This document shows, one piece after another, positions 50,446-61,808 of a stretch of DNA of 64,000 bases (position 1 is its first letter; every line of letters begins with the position of its first letter). The DNA is taken from contig CAVSLC010000013.1 of NCBI GenBank assembly GCA_963728565.1, positions 160,001 through 224,000 of the forward strand, in the 5' to 3' direction. Below the pieces are notes generated by a model, which was given only the letters and a program-made list of their open reading frames with translations, had not been told where the DNA came from and made no database searches. The DNA comes from an uncultured delta proteobacterium (lineage in GTDB: Bacteria > Desulfobacterota > Binatia > UBA9968). Position numbers and translations under genes: made by a program.

Positions 50446-50750
50446 TTAGCTGCCGATCTGACCGCCATCGTCTTTCGTAATCACAATACACGCCGAGCGC
50501 GGGCGTCCGCCCGCGTCTCCATCGGGCCATGAGCTGAACCGCTTCGGATTGGCCGGATCATTGGGCGACTCGTCGGCGGTCTCGCCGGGGTGCTGGATCC
50601 CGACGAACATGGTGCGTTCGTCGGGAGTGACGAATACGCCGGTGACCTCGCACTGCTTCGGGCCGACTAGAAAACGGCGGATCTCGCCGGTTTGCGGATT
50701 GGAGCAGAGCATCTGATTGTTGCCGAATCCGGCGTAGTCGCGGGCACGCT
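50446..50750 (-). pseudogene. phoX: C-terminal remnant of PhoX alkaline phosphatase
   Basis: FGNNQML, RRFL.GP..CEVTG...TPD..TMFV.IQHPGE, S.WPDG...RPRSA...IT..DGG.IG; only about 100 aa, no N-terminus. Confidence 0.82.
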
Positions 50751-50906
50751 CCGAAAGCCCAGCAGTGGGGCGAGCGAACCCTGGCCAACATCTTGGGCCG
50801 AGGACTCGCAGAATCACTGCCGTGTAGCGGTGCAGAAGAGCGCGAGGTAATCTTACGAACGGATTAAGGCGAGGGAGATTTCGTCTTGATTGAGATAGGA
50901 CGGAGA

Positions 50907-51815
50907 CTACTTAACGGTCAATAACGCTTCTTTCGCTTCGTCGAGTTGTTTGAGTTCCTCTTTGCTTAGTTTTGGATACTGCAAATTTAGGGACGCGAGA
51001 AGGTCCACCAAAGCAGCTGCAACGATGAGGTGAGTAAACCATTTGTTATCTGCCGGCACGAGGTACCAGGGTGCTTGTTTGGTCGAGGTGTGCCGAATCA
51101 TATCCTCGTATGCTTCCATGTAGTCATCCCAGTGTTCGCGTTCATGGACGTCATTCACTGAAAACTTCCAGTTCTTCTCGGGTTTATCGATTCACTCTAG
51201 GAACCGTTTTTTCTGCTCTTTCTTAGACAGATGCAAATAGAATTTGCGAATAACTATACCATTGCGTGTCAAATAGCGCTCAAACTTCCGAATATCCTGG
51301 AATCGCTCTTTCCAGATATTCTTGGTGACAAGTTCAGGCGGGAGCTTCTGCTTCTCCAACAACTCCGGATGCACCCGCACAACCAGGGTTTCTTCGTAGT
51401 AGCTGCGATTGAATAGCCCGATCATGCCGCGCTCCGGCAAACGTCTCGCGCAGCGCCACAGGTAATCGTGATCGAGCTCCTCGCTGCTTGGCGCTTTGAA
51501 GGATTGAACCTGACAGCCCTGCGGATTGACGCCGGACATGACATGCTTAATGACGCTGTCCTTGCCTGCCGTATCCATCGCCTGAAAGATAACCAGCACC
51601 GCCCAACGGTTCTGTGCATAAAGTTTCTCTTGGAGCTTCGCCAAGATCTCGATTCCGGCGGCAAGGCCTTCCTTGGCGCGCGGTTTATCCTCGGAGTTTA
51701 AGTCGAGTGTGTCGGCAGGGTCAAAATCTTTGAGACGAAAACTCTGACGATCGGTGACGCGAAAGGGTTTGATCAACTCTCTAGCGCTCTCTATCATTGT
51801 ATCTATTGCCATCAT
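50907..51815 (-). pseudogene. ppk2: polyphosphate kinase 2 (class III-like) interrupted by in-frame TGA at 51192-51194
   Basis: QAMDTAGKD, FNRSYYE; the two ORFs are in frame: RFLE*IDKPEKNWKFS, where the family has R (CGA>TGA). Confidence 0.85.
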
Positions 51816-52797
51816 TCCGTCCTCGTTAAAGGTCTTAAAGCAGAAACTTTCAACACGGTTGGTAGGGTTCTAATCGGTAATTCGTTTTAACGAGCCTGCT
51901 GCTCGTAGATCTACACTTCTCGCCGATCAGTGTTCATCGGAAGTTAACCTGCCCTTTTGCCCGGAGGTTGTTGCATTCGGAACCGATATTCACGACGTGT
52001 TCAGTACATTGTTTCTTGAGTAACACACTTATCAACATGGCGATACGCCATTCGACCGTTCGCCGACTGGATCATCAATTATCTCTGCTGCAAGAAGCGG
52101 GAGCAGCCGCTGTTGATTTATCAACTCTCGCCAGGCCCAATGATGCTGCAGCCTGCTTGGCTGTTTACTTGATTTCCAGTAGACGCCGCCCATGCACGAA
52201 CTTTTCCCAAATCGGCTATGGACAAGCTGCGTGCTTATTATCTCAGCAGCACTGGAAGTAAAATAAAAGCCGCGGCAACCATCAGCGATAACAATGATGC
52301 CGTATCGTATTTATCAAACCCCATGCCCTGATCTGCTGAGCGCCGGCTCTTACTCCACCGTGTCGATAAGCTCATCGTAAATGCAGCGGTAGAACTCAAC
52401 AACTTCCTTAACATTTTGCTTGGCACTGACTGCTGCATGGATAGTTACCGGAGTATCCAACGGCCGAAGACTAACGGGATGACTGAACAAAGCAAAGCCT
52501 GAAACAAAGATTTAACTCACATACGCGGCGCGACGCTCGGGATGACCGATTACCATAAACTTCCTGGCGAGTTCTGATGATTTTACTCATCCGCCGCACG
52601 AGCCACTCACTTATTGTTACCGCTTCTCTGGCAAAGCTTGCTGTTTCTGCTTAACTCTCAGCTGCAGTTCCTTGAAGGAATTACTGGAGGATGCTTCCTA
52701 GGACCAGGATAATCGTCGACAATCCAACTATGATGATTGCATCGAAAAGGTCTTCCCTCATAGACTCAACGATTTCTCCATATCAGAAGCACGCAGC

Positions 52798-53160
52798 CTA
52801 AACGTGTCTTCCAACAGCTGCAATAAGCTCTGTTGCAGCGAACGGCTTGGTTAAGAACTCTACAATTCCAACCTTCTGTGCCTCAGCTTTCACCTCACTC
52901 CGGGTCCAACCTGAACATGCAACGATCGGAATCTTTGTGGTTTCGGGATTGTCCTTGATCGTTCTTGCCAGGTCGAACCCCCTTACATCGGGTAGCGAGA
53001 CATCCATCAAAATTAAATCAGGGAGTTCAGATAAAGTCTTTTTCAATCCCTCATGAGCGTTTTCAGCTTCCCAGGTCTCGTGACCTGCAGAACATAGAAT
53101 CAGACTGAATACACGACGAGCATCGGGATGATCTTCTATGATCAAAATCTTTTTGCCCAT
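52798..53160 (-). CDS. single-domain response regulator (CheY-like)
   Basis: ILIIED, DLILMD..LP, FLTKP; RBS GAGGAG. Confidence 0.88.
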   Translation of the reverse strand: MGKKILIIEDHPDARRVFSLILCSAGHETWEAENAHEGLKKTLSELPDLILMDVSLPDVRGFDLARTIKDNPETTKIPIVACSGWTRSEVKAEAQKVGIVEFLTKPFAATELIAAVGRHV

Positions 53161-53484
53161 TTTAATCTCCTCACCCTTGTTAGGTGCGCCTACTAGTTTG
53201 CCAGCGCGCAACCACCTGATGACCTCTTGTACAAAGGTAATGAGTATCGATTACGTGACGGTTAACGTTCGGTAAACACTGAATGAATAGTGCTACTGGG
53301 AAGAAAAGTCGGTGAAGTTGGAGGAGGCTTGCTCTTACCGATTGGTTCTCAGGAAGGAGGCATATGACCGGGTGAGTAACGGCGCTTGTCAGGAGCCGCT
53401 CCAGCCCGCGAACCGGGTCAAGTCTTCTCGAGAACATTATGAAGCGAGCTTGCATGAGTGATGGGGAGCCAGAAGCAACAATTA

Positions 53485-55586
53485 CTAGATCACATCATTG
53501 GTCAAATCGTTTTCGGCTCGTAAGATCTCATAGAGCCGGTCCTGAGAACGGATGTGTGGTCGACCCGTGCTAGTAACGCGTGATGAGCTACCGTCAGCAT
53601 GGATTTCCCAGGCTTTGGCGGTATCGCTGAGCTGAATCTCCAAGATCTCTTTCAGTCTAAGCTGATGCTGTGGGTCGAGTATCGGAAAAGCGATTTCAAC
53701 GCGTCGATCGAAATTGCGCGGCATCCAATCGGCGGAAGATAACCAGTACGCGGAATCGCCGCGATTATGGAAATAGAAGATGCGAGCATGCTCTAAGTAG
53801 CGGTCGATGATTGAAATGACCCGAATTTTCTCCGAGACGCCCGGAACACCCGGACTGAAACTGCACATGCCGCGTACGATCAAGTCGATCTGCACTCCTG
53901 CTTGGCTGGCACTGTAAAGCTCATCGATGATCGCAGGATCGGTTAAGCTATTCACTTTGGCGATGATCCGCGCCGACTCGCCGCTGCGCGCATGCTCTTT
54001 TTCCTTACGGATGCAGTTAAGGAAGCGCTCCCTCAGTCCAGTCGGCGCCAGTAGTAACTGCTGGAACTTCTGCGGTCGGGTGTAGCCGGTCAGCAGATTG
54101 AATAACTCGGTGAGATCCTGACCAAAGGCTTCCCGGCATGTAAATAGCCCTAGATCGCTATAAACGCCGGCCGTGCGTACATTGTAATTGCCGGTCGCGA
54201 GATGACAGTAGCGCCGAATGCCATCGATTTCCTGGCGCACCACCAGACAGATTTTGCAATGTGTTTTATATCCCACCAAGCCATACACGACGTGCGCCCC
54301 AATTTCTTCCAAGGCCCGCGCCCAGGTGATATTTCTTCCTCATCAAATTTTGCCTGCAACTCACAAGCACCGACACCTCTTTCCGCATTCGGCTGCACGC
54401 GCCAAGGCCTGAGCAATGGGCGAGGAAGGGCTAACGCGATAAAGGGTCATTTTGATCGCAAGCACTTTAGGATCTTTAGCGCGCTTCATCGACAAAACGA
54501 GTCACCGCATCGAAGGAATGGTACGGGTGAAACAGCATGATGTCGCCCGCGCGTATAGCGCTCCAGATATCGGCCGCACGTTCGAAAGCCACCACCGGCA
54601 AAGCTGACTGCGGTCGGTCTTTGAGGCGAGGCATACTGACCGCGGAGTAAAGCTGGAAAAGATCAGTGAACGCAGTAAAGCCTGTGCTCGGATACAGGTC
54701 CTCAGCTCCCAATTAGAGCTCATCACTAGTGGCTCACATTCCGCGGCAGCTCCGGATCGTAGTGCAATCGCACAGCATCACCCATTCGACGCTCGCGGAC
54801 ACCCTGCTCGATCGTCATCAACAGATCTTCGTCGTGCCGGCGCAGCATCCCAAATTCGGCGTCCCGAGTCACTCGGATGGCGTGACACGATCGGATCTCG
54901 AAGCCGTGATAAAGGCGTGGCACATACCGGCTAAGAACATCTTCCAAAAGCACAAACGCATGCTGCCCCTCGCGCGTCGGCAACGGCACGAAGCGAGGCA
55001 CGACGTGCGTTGGGATATGAAGAATTGAAAGATCGGTGTGCGGCAAACGGGAAGCTACGGTGGGACTCAGCGACACGACAAAACATAATGAGCGATTGGC
55101 AAGGTAGGGAAACGGATGTCCCGGATCGATGGCAAGCGGCGTCAGAATCGGATAAAGGGTGCGATTGAAAAAGTCTTCGAGAAAGCGCTCCTGCTCACCG
55201 CTCATCTCTTGCGGCCGAACCAAATGAATGCCTTCCGTGGCCAAATGCGGCAATATCGTATTGATGAAACACAGATGCTGTTCCTCGACAAGCTCGTGGG
55301 CTCGCTTCGAGATAGCTGTTAGGATTTCAGCAGGTGTACGTCCTTCCGGATCCGAATTCTGAGATCCTTTGAAGAGCTGCCGTTTGATGCGAGCGACACG
55401 AACCATGAAAAATTCATCGAGATTAGAACTGAAGATAGCTAAAAACTTAACCCGCTCGAGCAACGGCACAGTCTCATCTTTGGCCTCCTCCAGAACTCGC
55501 CGGTTGAATTCAAGCCATGACAACTCACGCTGCAGATACCTATGGTTCTTATCTCCGTCCATATTACTATCCTGATGTGTTCCCAT
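53485..55586 (-). pseudogene. ppk1: polyphosphate kinase 1 with several frameshifts between about 54330 and 54740
   Basis: RELSWLEFN.RVL, NLDEFFMVRV, DPGHPFP, HPY.SF, KTHCK, TGNYN, SADWMPRN spread over several frames. Confidence 0.88.
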
Positions 55587-55665
55587 TGCTAGAACTCACG
55601 GAGGTGCCCCTAAGGTCCTCGATGAGCAAGGTACAACACGGTTTATCGAACCAACACCCGTTCGT

Positions 55666-55757
55666 GTTAAAAGTACATTAATTTATCGTTACAAACTGGC
55701 CGTTTCAGGGATATCCAGTAGGGGCAATTTGCGCAAAAAAATTAACCGATTTGTAAC
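55666..55757. promoter_or_regulatory. divergent Pho-box-like arrays between ppk1 and ppx
   Basis: GTTAA/ATTAA/GTTAC at 55666/55677/55688 (read as GTAAC/TTAAT/TTAAC toward ppk1); TTAAC/GTAAC at 55742/55753 toward ppx. Confidence 0.55.
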
Positions 55758-55799
55758 ACTTTTTAGGTCAACAACGGTTCCAATCAATGGTATGTAGAG

Positions 55800-57333
55800 A
55801 TGATGGTAGATCACTTTGCAGTCATCGACGTTGGCAGCAACGCGATGAAACTCCAAGTAGCCGTCGTCGATCAGCCCAAACGCTATCGAGTTGTCGAACA
55901 GGACCGCCAAGCTGTCCGTGTCGGGCACAATGTATTTCAAACCGGCCGTCTGGATCCCGCCATCGCCGAAGCGGCGCTAAAGGTTCTTACAGATTTCAAG
56001 CTAGTAGCAGACCACTATCAGGTCAAGGCCATCCAGGCTGTGGGCACCAGCGCTCTACGAGAAGCCTGCGATGGAAAATCCTTTCTCCGAGAGGCTCATC
56101 AGCTCGGCGTACCGATGCAGATTCTCTCTGAAGAAGACGAAGCTCGACTGATCAGCTTAGGAATTATGAGTGGCCTGCGCTTTCATTTGCCGCTCGGCCT
56201 GTTTTTGGACATCGGCGGGGGCAGTGTCGAAATCGCCGTCGCAAATACAACGAACGTTTTTTGTTTATTCAGTCTACCTCTCGGAGCCGTTCGTCTGACC
56301 GAGGAGCTATTTACCTCTGATCCGCCGCGCAAGCGCGAAATCCGCGACCTACGTCAGGTTGTTAGACAGAAGCTCAGGTCGGTTGGCCAGCGCCTTGGAC
56401 AGGAAAAGTACACCATGGCCTTCGGCAGCGGCGGTACTATGACTGCTCTAGCTGAAACGAATATACGAGTCGCCGGAGATGGCAAAAACGGCTCTCTGTC
56501 GCTTTTGCGGCGGACCCGGCTGAAAGCCTTATTGGAGTTGTTAACAACCATACCAGCTAAAGAGCGCGCCTCACTGATCAGCGGCGATCCCAAGCGCGCA
56601 GATATCATAGTTGCCGGCGGGCTGGTTCTCTATGAGATTATGTCGGAGATCGGCCTCGATTACATCTTTGTCTCGCGAAGAGGTTTGCGGGATGGCTTGA
56701 TGATCGACCTCCTACAGCGACATTATGAAAACTCAGGTGTATGGGATCCGGATGCAGAGCGCGCGGATTCCCTCGAGCAGGTATGTCAAAAGTATCTTGT
56801 ACGATGCGCCTCATGCCTACCATGTTAGCCAGCTTGCGATGAACTTATTCTATCAACTGAACGATCTGCATAAGCTTTCCGATAAATATTCCAGTATTCT
56901 ACAGGCAGCAGCGATGCTGCACGATATCGGCCTTTTCATAGCTGAGCCTAAGCACCATAAGCATTCCTACTATCTTATCAAAAGTTCGGGAATTAACTCT
57001 TTTGATAAGCTTGATCTCGACGTGGTGGCCAACATTGCTCGTTATCACCGCAAAGCGCACCCCAGCCAGAAGCATCTAGGTTTTAGTCAACTCTCTCCAA
57101 GCAACCAAGATGTGATACGAAAACTAAGTGCTATACTCCGAATTGCCGATGCGTTCGATTATAGGCACGACCAAAAAGTTATTGCCCTGACGTGTGCGGT
57201 GAAAAAATCCAAAGCTATCACTGTTACTGCTTCCGGCACGGATGATATCGGTGACGAAATCGCCTGGGCTTCGAAAAAGGGGCAACTGTTTGAAGAAGTT
57301 TTCAACCTCAAGCTCGTTATCCAGAAAGCATAG
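55800..57333 (+). CDS. ppx: exopolyphosphatase Ppx/GppA with HD domain; frameshift near 56797
   Basis: AVIDVGSN, GTSALRE, DIGGGSVE, GLRDG; the second frame has AA.LHDIG, HHKHSYY, ARYHRK. Confidence 0.88.
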
Positions 57334-57365
57334 ACACGCAGGGGCCAGTAACGGAGGACAATTCA

Positions 57366-57806
57366 ATGAGACGAACCATTCGCGACCGCAATATTCTTTT
57401 TCTATGCGAGGACAACGCATCGCTGAGCCAAATGGCGGAAGCCGTGGCGAAACACCTCGATCCCCCCAAGGTTAAGATCTTCAGCGCTGGCATCAAACCC
57501 ACGACGATCCCATCGCAAGTTTATAAAGTTATGGAAGAGTCAGGGGTTAGCTTAGAGGGCCAGTCGTGTAAAAAGATGAATGAGGTACCGTTGAATGAAA
57601 TCGATTTGGTGATAAGTTTCGAAGGTGCGGATAAGAGGTGTAGCTCCTTGCCAAAGCGGACGAAAGTGGAGAACTGGTCGATCCCGGCACTGGGTTTGTC
57701 CAATATAAGCAGCCCGGCATCATTGACAAAGTATCGGCACCAGCGAGACGAGATCAATAGACGAGTATTCGCGCTTTTTATGGATTATTGGCGGAATGAT
57801 GCGTAA
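57366..57806 (+). CDS. ArsC/LMW-PTP-fold protein with a degenerate active site
   Basis: ILFLCEDNASLSQMAEA, SAGI.P; the P-loop Arg and the C-terminal DP motif are absent. Confidence 0.75.
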   Translation: MRRTIRDRNILFLCEDNASLSQMAEAVAKHLDPPKVKIFSAGIKPTTIPSQVYKVMEESGVSLEGQSCKKMNEVPLNEIDLVISFEGADKRCSSLPKRTKVENWSIPALGLSNISSPASLTKYRHQRDEINRRVFALFMDYWRNDA

Positions 57807-57862
57807 CCCCCATTGGTGTTTCGCACCACTAACATAAATAACTGACAAGTAAGGTGAATCGT

Positions 57863-58372
57863 ATGAATCTCTACCTTCTGCGACATGGCGTCGCTGCAGC
57901 TAAGGATGATCCGGCTTTTGAGTCTGATAGCGAGCGGCCGCTTACTAAAAAGGGAGTCAAAAAATTCCGCAAAGCAGCGCGCGGAATTGAACGTTTGGGG
58001 ATTACGTTGGACGTGATCCTCAGCAGTCCTTTAGTTCGCGCCCGGCAAACAGCTGATATTGTCGCCGCGGTCTTGAATAAGGAATCTGACATTGAGGAAA
58101 TACCGGAATTAGCTCCGGAGAGTTTGCCCGAACAGCTAACATCTGCCTTGAACAATGTTCACGACAAAGAGCATGTCATGTTGGTAGGCCATGAGCCGTT
58201 CCTTGGCAAATTGGCGGCGTTTCTGGTTAATGGCAAAAACAATTCTGACAGTGTGATTCCCCTCAAAAAGGGCGGTATCTGCCGCATCGAGATCGAAGCT
58301 CTTCCCCCGACACAACCCGGACATATGCACTGGCTACTGACTGCGAAACAGCTTCGCCTGATAGCCCGGTAA
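57863..58372 (+). CDS. sixA: phosphohistidine phosphatase SixA
   Basis: YLLRHG.A, D.ERPLT..G, SSP.VRA.QTA, LVGHEP. Confidence 0.92.
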   Translation: MNLYLLRHGVAAAKDDPAFESDSERPLTKKGVKKFRKAARGIERLGITLDVILSSPLVRARQTADIVAAVLNKESDIEEIPELAPESLPEQLTSALNNVHDKEHVMLVGHEPFLGKLAAFLVNGKNNSDSVIPLKKGGICRIEIEALPPTQPGHMHWLLTAKQLRLIAR

Positions 58373-58380
58373 TCTGCGAA

Positions 58381-59313
58381 ATGTACCCAGAGACGAGCCA
58401 CTCTGAGAACAGAGTAACCCTTCTCAGAGTTTTGAAAAATGATATCCTGAGGCTCGCCCTAACTCGCTTGAAGAAATGCGTTTCCATCACGCCCAGGCTT
58501 TTGGTTGACCACGATCCAGACGACATTCACGACCTTCGAGTAACGAGTCGCCGTTTGCAGCAAGTTGTCAGCTTAATGTTTCCCAAGCCTCGCCGTGCAA
58601 AGAGCCGTAAAGTAATCCGGTCTCTACGCGATCTGCGCCGCGATTGGGGCTCTTGCCGTAATCTCGACGTTGATTTAGCCCTCTTGCAGGAGAAGCTCGA
58701 GTCACTTGAGACAGACGGAGTTCGCGACGCGTGGAGTTATGTCCGCGGATGTCTAGTGGAGTTGCGAGCGCAAGAACTCGACCGTGCACGGAAGCGGCTC
58801 CGCCGGCTCGATATTCTGGCTTTTATCGAAAGAACTCAGCGGTTGTTCAAGGCGGTAAAAATAGAGAACGTCCAGGACTTGAACTTAGAGGAAAGTTTCG
58901 CTGACACTCTGGCCGAATGGCGTGAGGCGGTCGCGCAAGCAAAAAGCCGGCAGAATTCGAAGCATCTGCATGAATTGCGGATCTCAGGCAAACGACTGCG
59001 CTACCGTTTGGAAATCATCGCCGAACTGGGGAACACCGCCGCAAAAGATCAGGCGACCTCATTGAAAGAATTGCAAGATGAGCTCGGTCGTTGGCACGAC
59101 TGCCATGTTCTGTTGCAGTTTGTCGAAGAGCTCATCGAGAAGCCGGAGTTTTTTAGTGATCACCCGGAGTTTCAGCAGATACTAGAACGTGACATCGACA
59201 GCGAGAGGCGCAAGAATGATGCGGCGATCGACGAAATCTTAAAACAAGCTGAAAAACTCCAGCTCGGCTTGGACAGTAGCAAAGCAGCAGTTAGACCAGA
59301 AGATTCCCTCTGA
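58381..59313 (+). CDS. CHAD-domain polyphosphate-binding protein
   Basis: IHDLRV..RR, RNLDV, LHELRI..KRLRY..E, LQD.LG.WHD. Confidence 0.9.
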   Translation: MYPETSHSENRVTLLRVLKNDILRLALTRLKKCVSITPRLLVDHDPDDIHDLRVTSRRLQQVVSLMFPKPRRAKSRKVIRSLRDLRRDWGSCRNLDVDLALLQEKLESLETDGVRDAWSYVRGCLVELRAQELDRARKRLRRLDILAFIERTQRLFKAVKIENVQDLNLEESFADTLAEWREAVAQAKSRQNSKHLHELRISGKRLRYRLEIIAELGNTAAKDQATSLKELQDELGRWHDCHVLLQFVEELIEKPEFFSDHPEFQQILERDIDSERRKNDAAIDEILKQAEKLQLGLDSSKAAVRPEDSL

Positions 59314-59550
59314 CGGCTTTCAACTCAATTCGATGGTCCGAAGGTATCGGTGATTTCAAAGCCGTACGTTCCACCGTTTATCGAATTCTGCCAGAATCCA
59401 TCGTTCGATATTGCATATCGATCCTTCCTTGAGAAGCGCGTCGTTTAGCGGCCGCAATATGTCTGGAGTGCTTTCGCTCACGTCTGATTTCGTGGGCGAG
59501 CTTCAAACGGGTTCGGATCTGTACACTTTAGCCAGACCCGCCTCTATCTT

Positions 59551-59767
59551 CTGTTAAATTCCTGTTACGAACTCCGACGCCGTCTGCCGGCCCAACCTCA
59601 TTTAACAGTTTCTTAACTCACGCTTTACATCAGTTTCACGATTACTCCCTACCGTAATCGTCGAATAGGCGATGAGATACTATACAGATAAGAACAAAGC
59701 GCAATCTCGTTGCAGAAGTCCGTGTGGAGCTTACCCAGGCTTAAGACGTTTGTAACAATCCCGTAAC
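59551..59767 (+). promoter_or_regulatory. three Pho-box arrays upstream of pstS
   Basis: CTGTTAA/CTGTTAC at 59551/59562; TTAAC, TTAAC, TTTAC, TTCAC at 59602/13/24/35; CTTAC, TTAAG, GTAAC, GTAAC at 59730/41/52/63; all at 11-bp period. Confidence 0.75.
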
Positions 59768-59804
59768 ATTGGCTGATTAAAGATAATAAAAAAGGAGAAA
59801 GACG

Positions 59805-60788
59805 ATGAAAATGATGTTGTTTATCTTGGTTGCCGGCTGGCTGGCTGCTCAGCCGTGGGTGGCAAAAGCTCAGGTCATACAGATCGACGGTTCCAGCACC
59901 GTCTTTCCGGTGACTGAAGCAGTCGCAGAAGAATTTCAAAACTCAAAAAAAGGAAAAGTTAAAGTCACGGTCGGCATCTCAGGCACCGGCGGCGGCTTTA
60001 AGAAATTCTGCCGAGGTGAAACAGATATTAGCAACGCCTCCCGTCCGATCCTTAAACAAGAGATAGACGCTTGCAAAGGATCCGGCGTCGAATTTTTTGA
60101 GCTACCCGTCGCCTATGATGCTTTAACGGTGATCGTCAATCCAAAGAACGATTGGGCGGCATCGATGACGGTGGTCGAATTGAAAAAAATCTGGGAACCT
60201 GCCGCGCAGGGCAAAGTCACGACCTGGAACCAGATCCGACCCAACTGGCCCAATGCGCCGCTCAGGCTTTTCGGCGCCGGCGCCGACTCGGGCACCTTCG
60301 ACTATTTTACTGAAGCTATCGTAGGCAAGGCCAAGTCGAGCCGCGGTGATTTTACCGCCAGCGAGGACGATAACGTCCTGGTTCAAGGGGTAGCCAATGA
60401 TCGGAACGCATTGGGCTTCTTTGGCTTTGCCTATTACATAGAGAATCAAAAGAAACTGAAGGCCGTTGCGATTGACGGCGGCAAAGGACCGGTAGCTCCA
60501 TCAGCAAAGACCGTCGAGGACGGTAGCTATCAACCACTGTCGCGACCGATTTTTATCTATGTTAGCAAAAAGGCGATTGCCAAACCCGAGGTCAAGGAGT
60601 TTGTCGATTTTTATCTTAAAAACGCCCCCGCCCTGGTAAAAGAGGTTAAGTATGTTGCGTTACCAGCCAAGGCTTACACGCTAGGGTTAGAACACATCCA
60701 GAAAGGCAAAATCGGCACCGTATTTGGCGGTGAAGCGGAAGTCGGAGTCAAAATCGACGACTTGCTGAAACGCGAAGCCAAATTCTAG
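59805..60788 (+). CDS. pstS: phosphate ABC substrate-binding protein
   Basis: [35 protein letters not shown]. Confidence 0.95.
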   Translation: MKMMLFILVAGWLAAQPWVAKAQVIQIDGSSTVFPVTEAVAEEFQNSKKGKVKVTVGISGTGGGFKKFCRGETDISNASRPILKQEIDACKGSGVEFFELPVAYDALTVIVNPKNDWAASMTVVELKKIWEPAAQGKVTTWNQIRPNWPNAPLRLFGAGADSGTFDYFTEAIVGKAKSSRGDFTASEDDNVLVQGVANDRNALGFFGFAYYIENQKKLKAVAIDGGKGPVAPSAKTVEDGSYQPLSRPIFIYVSKKAIAKPEVKEFVDFYLKNAPALVKEVKYVALPAKAYTLGLEHIQKGKIGTVFGGEAEVGVKIDDLLKREAKF

Positions 60789-60860
60789 TAAAAGCAACCT
60801 ACATTTTGCGGAAGGCACCGGCTATGATCGGTGCTTTCCGCTCCTAGCCGCGGACAGATT

Positions 60861-61808
60861 ATGGCAGTTACGGAACAGGTGTATCCTGAAATTTTAAGAA
60901 GTCGAGTCCAAACCGCGACGATGAATCGCCGTTTGCAACGAGCACGCGAACGAGTGATCGAGATCTTATTACTTCTCGCGGCGCTTTCTTCAGTGGCGAT
61001 TACCGTCGGAATCGTCGGCGTTCTCGTTTTCGAGTCGTTGCAGTTTTTCAAACACGTTTCGATCGTGGAGTTTCTAACAGACACCCAGTGGACCGTGCTC
61101 TTCGCCGATCCGCATTATGGCATCATGCCGCTGGTCAGCGGCACGTTAGTTACGTCTGTTGTGGCGCTCCTGGTCTCCCTTCCGCTCGGAACCATCATCG
61201 CGATTTATCTCAGCGAATATGCCGGCAGCCGGACGAGAGAAATACTCAAGCCGATTTTGGAGCTTCTCAGTGCGGTTCCCACGGTGGTCTTCGGCTACTT
61301 TGCTCTGCTGTTTTTAACGCCGCTATTGCAGCGCTTGTTACCGAGTTTGCCAGGTTTCAATATGCTCAGCGCCGGCATCGTGATCGGCATCATGATTATT
61401 CCGTATGTTAGCTCGCTCAGCGAAGATGCGATCAGAGCCGTGCCGGTCCATATTCGGGAGGGTTCTTACGCCATGGGCGCGACTCGGTTACAGACCGCGC
61501 TCAGAGTCCTGTTCCCTGCCGCGTTTTCAGGCATAGCTTCGGCCTATGTGCTGGGCTTCTCCCGTGCGGTGGGTGAGACCATGATTGTGGCGTTGGCTGC
61601 CGGAACGCAGCCAAACCTTACGCTCAATCCCATGGAAGGAGCGGCAACGATCACGGCCTACATTGTCCAGGTCAGCCTCGGCGATCTGCCGCACGGCAGC
61701 ATTGCTTATCAGAGCATCTTCGCCGCAGGATTAACCTTGATGTTGATGACGTTGATCTTCAATATCGGTGGCTATCTACTGCGCAAGAGATTTCGGGAGA
61801 TTTACTAA
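60861..61808 (+). CDS. pstC: phosphate ABC permease
   Basis: KP.LELL..VPTVVFG, SRAVGETM. Confidence 0.95.
   Translation: MAVTEQVYPEILRSRVQTATMNRRLQRARERVIEILLLLAALSSVAITVGIVGVLVFESLQFFKHVSIVEFLTDTQWTVLFADPHYGIMPLVSGTLVTSVVALLVSLPLGTIIAIYLSEYAGSRTREILKPILELLSAVPTVVFGYFALLFLTPLLQRLLPSLPGFNMLSAGIVIGIMIIPYVSSLSEDAIRAVPVHIREGSYAMGATRLQTALRVLFPAAFSGIASAYVLGFSRAVGETMIVALAAGTQPNLTLNPMEGAATITAYIVQVSLGDLPHGSIAYQSIFAAGLTLMLMTLIFNIGGYLLRKRFREIY

Noticed and set aside
51192-51194. In-frame TGA in ppk2 as selenocysteine
   Set aside because: Aligns with a conserved Arg (FLERID), not a Cys, and has no convincing SECIS; best explained as CGA>TGA
51850-52790. Small ORFs between ppk2 and the response regulator
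   Set aside because: No motifs or clear RBS; a 28-aa hydrophobic peptide (52238-52324) is possible but unsupported
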